The notes below the pieces were generated by a model that saw only the letters and a program-made list of their open reading frames with translations, did no database searches and was not told the DNA's origin. From a virus (lineage: Duplodnaviria; Caudoviricetes), in IMG/VR virus record IMGVR_UViG_3300042197_004886, positions 1 to 60,162 of that record: a stretch of DNA of 60,162 nucleotides. One strand, written 5' to 3'. Both the position numbers and the translations under genes were made by a program. Positions 57,479 through 60,162 of this stretch are shown here, piece after piece. Within the stretch, counting starts at the first letter, position 1; every line of letters begins with the position of its first letter.

Positions 57479-58080
57479 ATGTCCGGCTTTTTAACTGAAA
57501 GAAAATTAGGTGAAAGTTTACCTTTAATTTTCAAAAAAGAATTTATTAATAATTTTCCTATAGGAAAATATAGAGCAGACTGGTTTAGTCCAGATCTATT
57601 GCTTTCAGTGGAATTCGATGGATATCGACACTATAACGACTCTCTAACTCAGCATAGAGATAAACTAAAGGATTCCTTTTTGAATTCAATTGGAGTTAAA
57701 TGTATCAGGATTCCATATTTTATTCAACTTCGCAAGATACGATAAATTCAGTGTTGCTCTTCGAAGGCTCGTTTACTGATGCCTGGTCACAAGAATATCC
57801 TCACGGTTTTATAGAAAAAACAGCTCTGCTCCCGGCTGATTTTAATGAGCTTGGAGTATACAGATTCATATCTGATATGAATCGCGTATCGATACGTATT
57901 CGTAAAGAAATTATTAATTCATTACTAGATAGAGCAAATCAAGTAAAATTAAAGATTTCTCCATTTGACAAATTAACAACAGTTTTCCCATTAAGCATAA
58001 TCAATGGACTTGATAATTGTACTTCACTAGAAGAAAAATCCTTAATTATTGAAAAAATATCATCAAACCTTTTGATATAA
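57479..58080 (+). pseudogene. Frameshifted Vsr/DUF559-like endonuclease
   Basis: YRADWF...VEFDGYRHY...RDKLKD..L...G...IRIPYFIQL in one frame continues as SQDTINS...PHGFI...LPADF in another; break near 57730. Confidence 0.65.
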
Positions 58081-58099
58081 ACAAAAGTATAAAATTTAC

Positions 58100-60019
58100 A
58101 TGGAAGACAAATCAAAACAGATAAAAAAGCTAGATCTAAAGCAAAATGCAATCAAGATCTTAATTAATAGTATATACGGCGCATTCGGCAATAAGTGGTT
58201 CTACTTTTACAATCCCGACATTGCTCAGTCTATCACTCTACAGGGCCAAGACCTCATCAAGTTCTCAATCAAGGCAGTAAACCACTACTTTCAAGAGCGA
58301 TGGCACCTCGATACCGAACTACACCAGATGCTGGGCCTAAGCGAGTACACTATTCGCAAGATCGACGAAGAAGCGGCTATCTATACTGACACCGATTCTG
58401 TGGCAGCAGATACAATAATCTGTTCAAAGAAATTCGGAAATTTAACAATAGCCGATTATTATGAGCTATCTATTAAAAACGGTTCGGCTGGAGAAACTCT
58501 CGCTGGCCACGAATCAGTTGCTTCAGATGAAGATAAAGTTTTGAATTGGACCAATGAAGAAGGTCTCTATTATGCCCCAGTAAAGAGAATAATTAGACAC
58601 AAGGTTTCAAAAGAAAGATGGAAATTAACCACTGAGTCTGGAAAAGAAGTTATTGTGACTGGCGACCATTCTCTAATTGTTTTTAGAGAAGGTCATCAAA
58701 TTGAAATTAAAGCTAGAGATATAAATATTGAAACTGATCTTGTATTAACAGTAATTTCTCCGCTATCTGAAAAATTCGAAAGAATAGCAAAGATTGAAAA
58801 ATTGACCGATTTTGATGATGAATATGTCTATGATATTGAAATCGCCGATTCCTCTCATACTTTTATAGCAAACGATATATTAGTGCACAACTCAATCTAT
58901 GTGCAGTTTGACTCGGCTATCTCCTCGATCGAGGGCGCAAGCTTCACCAGAGAAGAAGCCCTAAAGATCTGCGTTGCTATTGATAATAATCGACTCTCAA
59001 CCTACTTCGATAACTGTTTTGACAGGTACGGCCGACTCTTCAACACAAAGAATCGACTAAAGTTTAAGCTCGAAAACCTCTCCGAATACGGTATCTGGCT
59101 AAAGAAAAAGAATTATGCTATCAAGGTAGCCTACGATCCCAATCCAGCAATGGAGCTCACTCCCAAAGAAAAACGTTACCTTATCATCAAGGGTCTTGAA
59201 CCGGTAAAAGGTTCCTATCCAGACTGGGCTCGTAAAAAACTGGTAGAGCTCACCGAGTGGGTAATGGAAATAGGTAAGTCGCTCGATATTGAGCGTGATA
59301 TTATCCCCAAGTTCAAAGAAATTCGTCAAGAATTTGACCAGCTCAGCGTCGATGAAATTGCCTTCAACTTCAAGATCAGAATCTATAACAAATACGTTGA
59401 AAGCGTCGACGAGTTAAAGCTAAGGAAGGGCATCTCGATCTATCCTAGAGCGGCCGCCTACTACAATCACCTCTTGACCAAGACCGGTCTCAACCGCAAG
59501 TACACTCCCCTGCGCGAAGGCGACAAGATCAAGTTTTACTACTGTGCCGCCAATGATTATGAGTTCGATGTTTTTGCCTATGCTCCAGAAAACTATCCGA
59601 CTGAAATTGCTCCAGCGCTAGATCGCGATCTCCAGTTCTTTACGCTTATCGTCGAGCCAGTCAATCGCCTGCTCAAGGCAATGCGGATGAGCTCAGTCGA
59701 TATTACTCTTAAGCGCGCAGTCGAGGTGATTTCGCCCAAGACAAAAAAGCCGCTGACTGATGACCAAATCTATCCTCTCTATGTGGTCGATAGCGATTCT
59801 CTAGGCTATATCGAAGTTGCTGAAAAGTTCTGGAAGGTGATCGGTAATCCTGATGCAGAGATCAGCGATGCTGACTTTCCAGAGTACTTAGCCACCATTA
59901 CTAAATGGGGTCTCAATTCGGTGATTGTGCCCAAGTTTGAGCTCGATAAGTATCTTAAGCGCCTTGCAAAGAAGAAAGCTGAGCCTGTAGTCGAGACTGA
60001 AGAGGAAGAGACTGAATAA
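58100..60019 (+). CDS. Family B DNA polymerase, C-terminal subunit only (split gp43-like), intein-containing
   Basis: Begins just before motif B (KILINSIYG), ITLQGQ, YTDTD|S, KKKNY, IKGLE; no exonuclease or motif A. Confidence 0.9.
   Translation: MEDKSKQIKKLDLKQNAIKILINSIYGAFGNKWFYFYNPDIAQSITLQGQDLIKFSIKAVNHYFQERWHLDTELHQMLGLSEYTIRKIDEEAAIYTDTDSVAADTIICSKKFGNLTIADYYELSIKNGSAGETLAGHESVASDEDKVLNWTNEEGLYYAPVKRIIRHKVSKERWKLTTESGKEVIVTGDHSLIVFREGHQIEIKARDINIETDLVLTVISPLSEKFERIAKIEKLTDFDDEYVYDIEIADSSHTFIANDILVHNSIYVQFDSAISSIEGASFTREEALKICVAIDNNRLSTYFDNCFDRYGRLFNTKNRLKFKLENLSEYGIWLKKKNYAIKVAYDPNPAMELTPKEKRYLIIKGLEPVKGSYPDWARKKLVELTEWVMEIGKSLDIERDIIPKFKEIRQEFDQLSVDEIAFNFKIRIYNKYVESVDELKLRKGISIYPRAAAYYNHLLTKTGLNRKYTPLREGDKIKFYYCAANDYEFDVFAYAPENYPTEIAPALDRDLQFFTLIVEPVNRLLKAMRMSSVDITLKRAVEVISPKTKKPLTDDQIYPLYVVDSDSLGYIEVAEKFWKVIGNPDAEISDADFPEYLATITKWGLNSVIVPKFELDKYLKRLAKKKAEPVVETEEEETE
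58397..58891 (+). mobile_element. Cis mini-intein (165 aa) in PolB motif C
   Basis: YTDTD|SVAADT...VTGDHSL...VYDIEI...FIANDILVHN|SIY; no endonuclease motifs. Confidence 0.93.
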
Positions 60020-60162
60020 AAAATATGAGTGAATATAACGTCCGATGATAAACAATCGTTTTAATGTTGTTTATCATTTGTTATAGTCAGTTTTCAAATC
60101 AAAATATTTATAAAATGAGAAAATTAAAGAGAAGTCATAAAAACTTGATGATAATAGAAGCG

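Noticed and set aside
1-60162. Stop-codon reassignment as seen in some large phages
   Set aside because: Conserved genes are full-length in the standard code and TAA, TAG and TGA all serve as stops
60025-60162. Possible gene start at the right edge
   Set aside because: Too short and AT-rich to support a call

Overview
This is a 60 kb segment of a large T4-like (myovirus, probably jumbo) phage genome in the standard genetic code, with A-rich, SD-poor translation starts. It encodes head genes (gp23-like major capsid, gp21 protease fused to a repetitive scaffold, DnaJ), tail and baseplate genes, and replication/repair genes (gp46, a DinG-like helicase, two-subunit topoisomerase II, UvsY/UvsW, a split PolB C-terminal half with a mini-intein, and a NEIL1-like glycosylase). 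It also carries a cytosine-type thymidylate-synthase homologue, a ~13 kb glycosylation/nonulosonic-acid cluster and three free-standing endonucleases. Three loci stand out. (1) A DIP1984/DUF6847-like gene is followed by a ~320-nt structured non-coding RNA containing 11 regularly spaced YAA triplets. (2) The helicase is fractured at its Walker A motif by an atypically split intein with a 15-aa N-part that the ORF track missed, with an endonuclease between the halves. (3) Three tandem genes are built from 84-nt repeats that are hypervariable at specific codons and carry a capsid-targeting-like N-terminus. All assignments come from motif recognition by eye; no searches were run.
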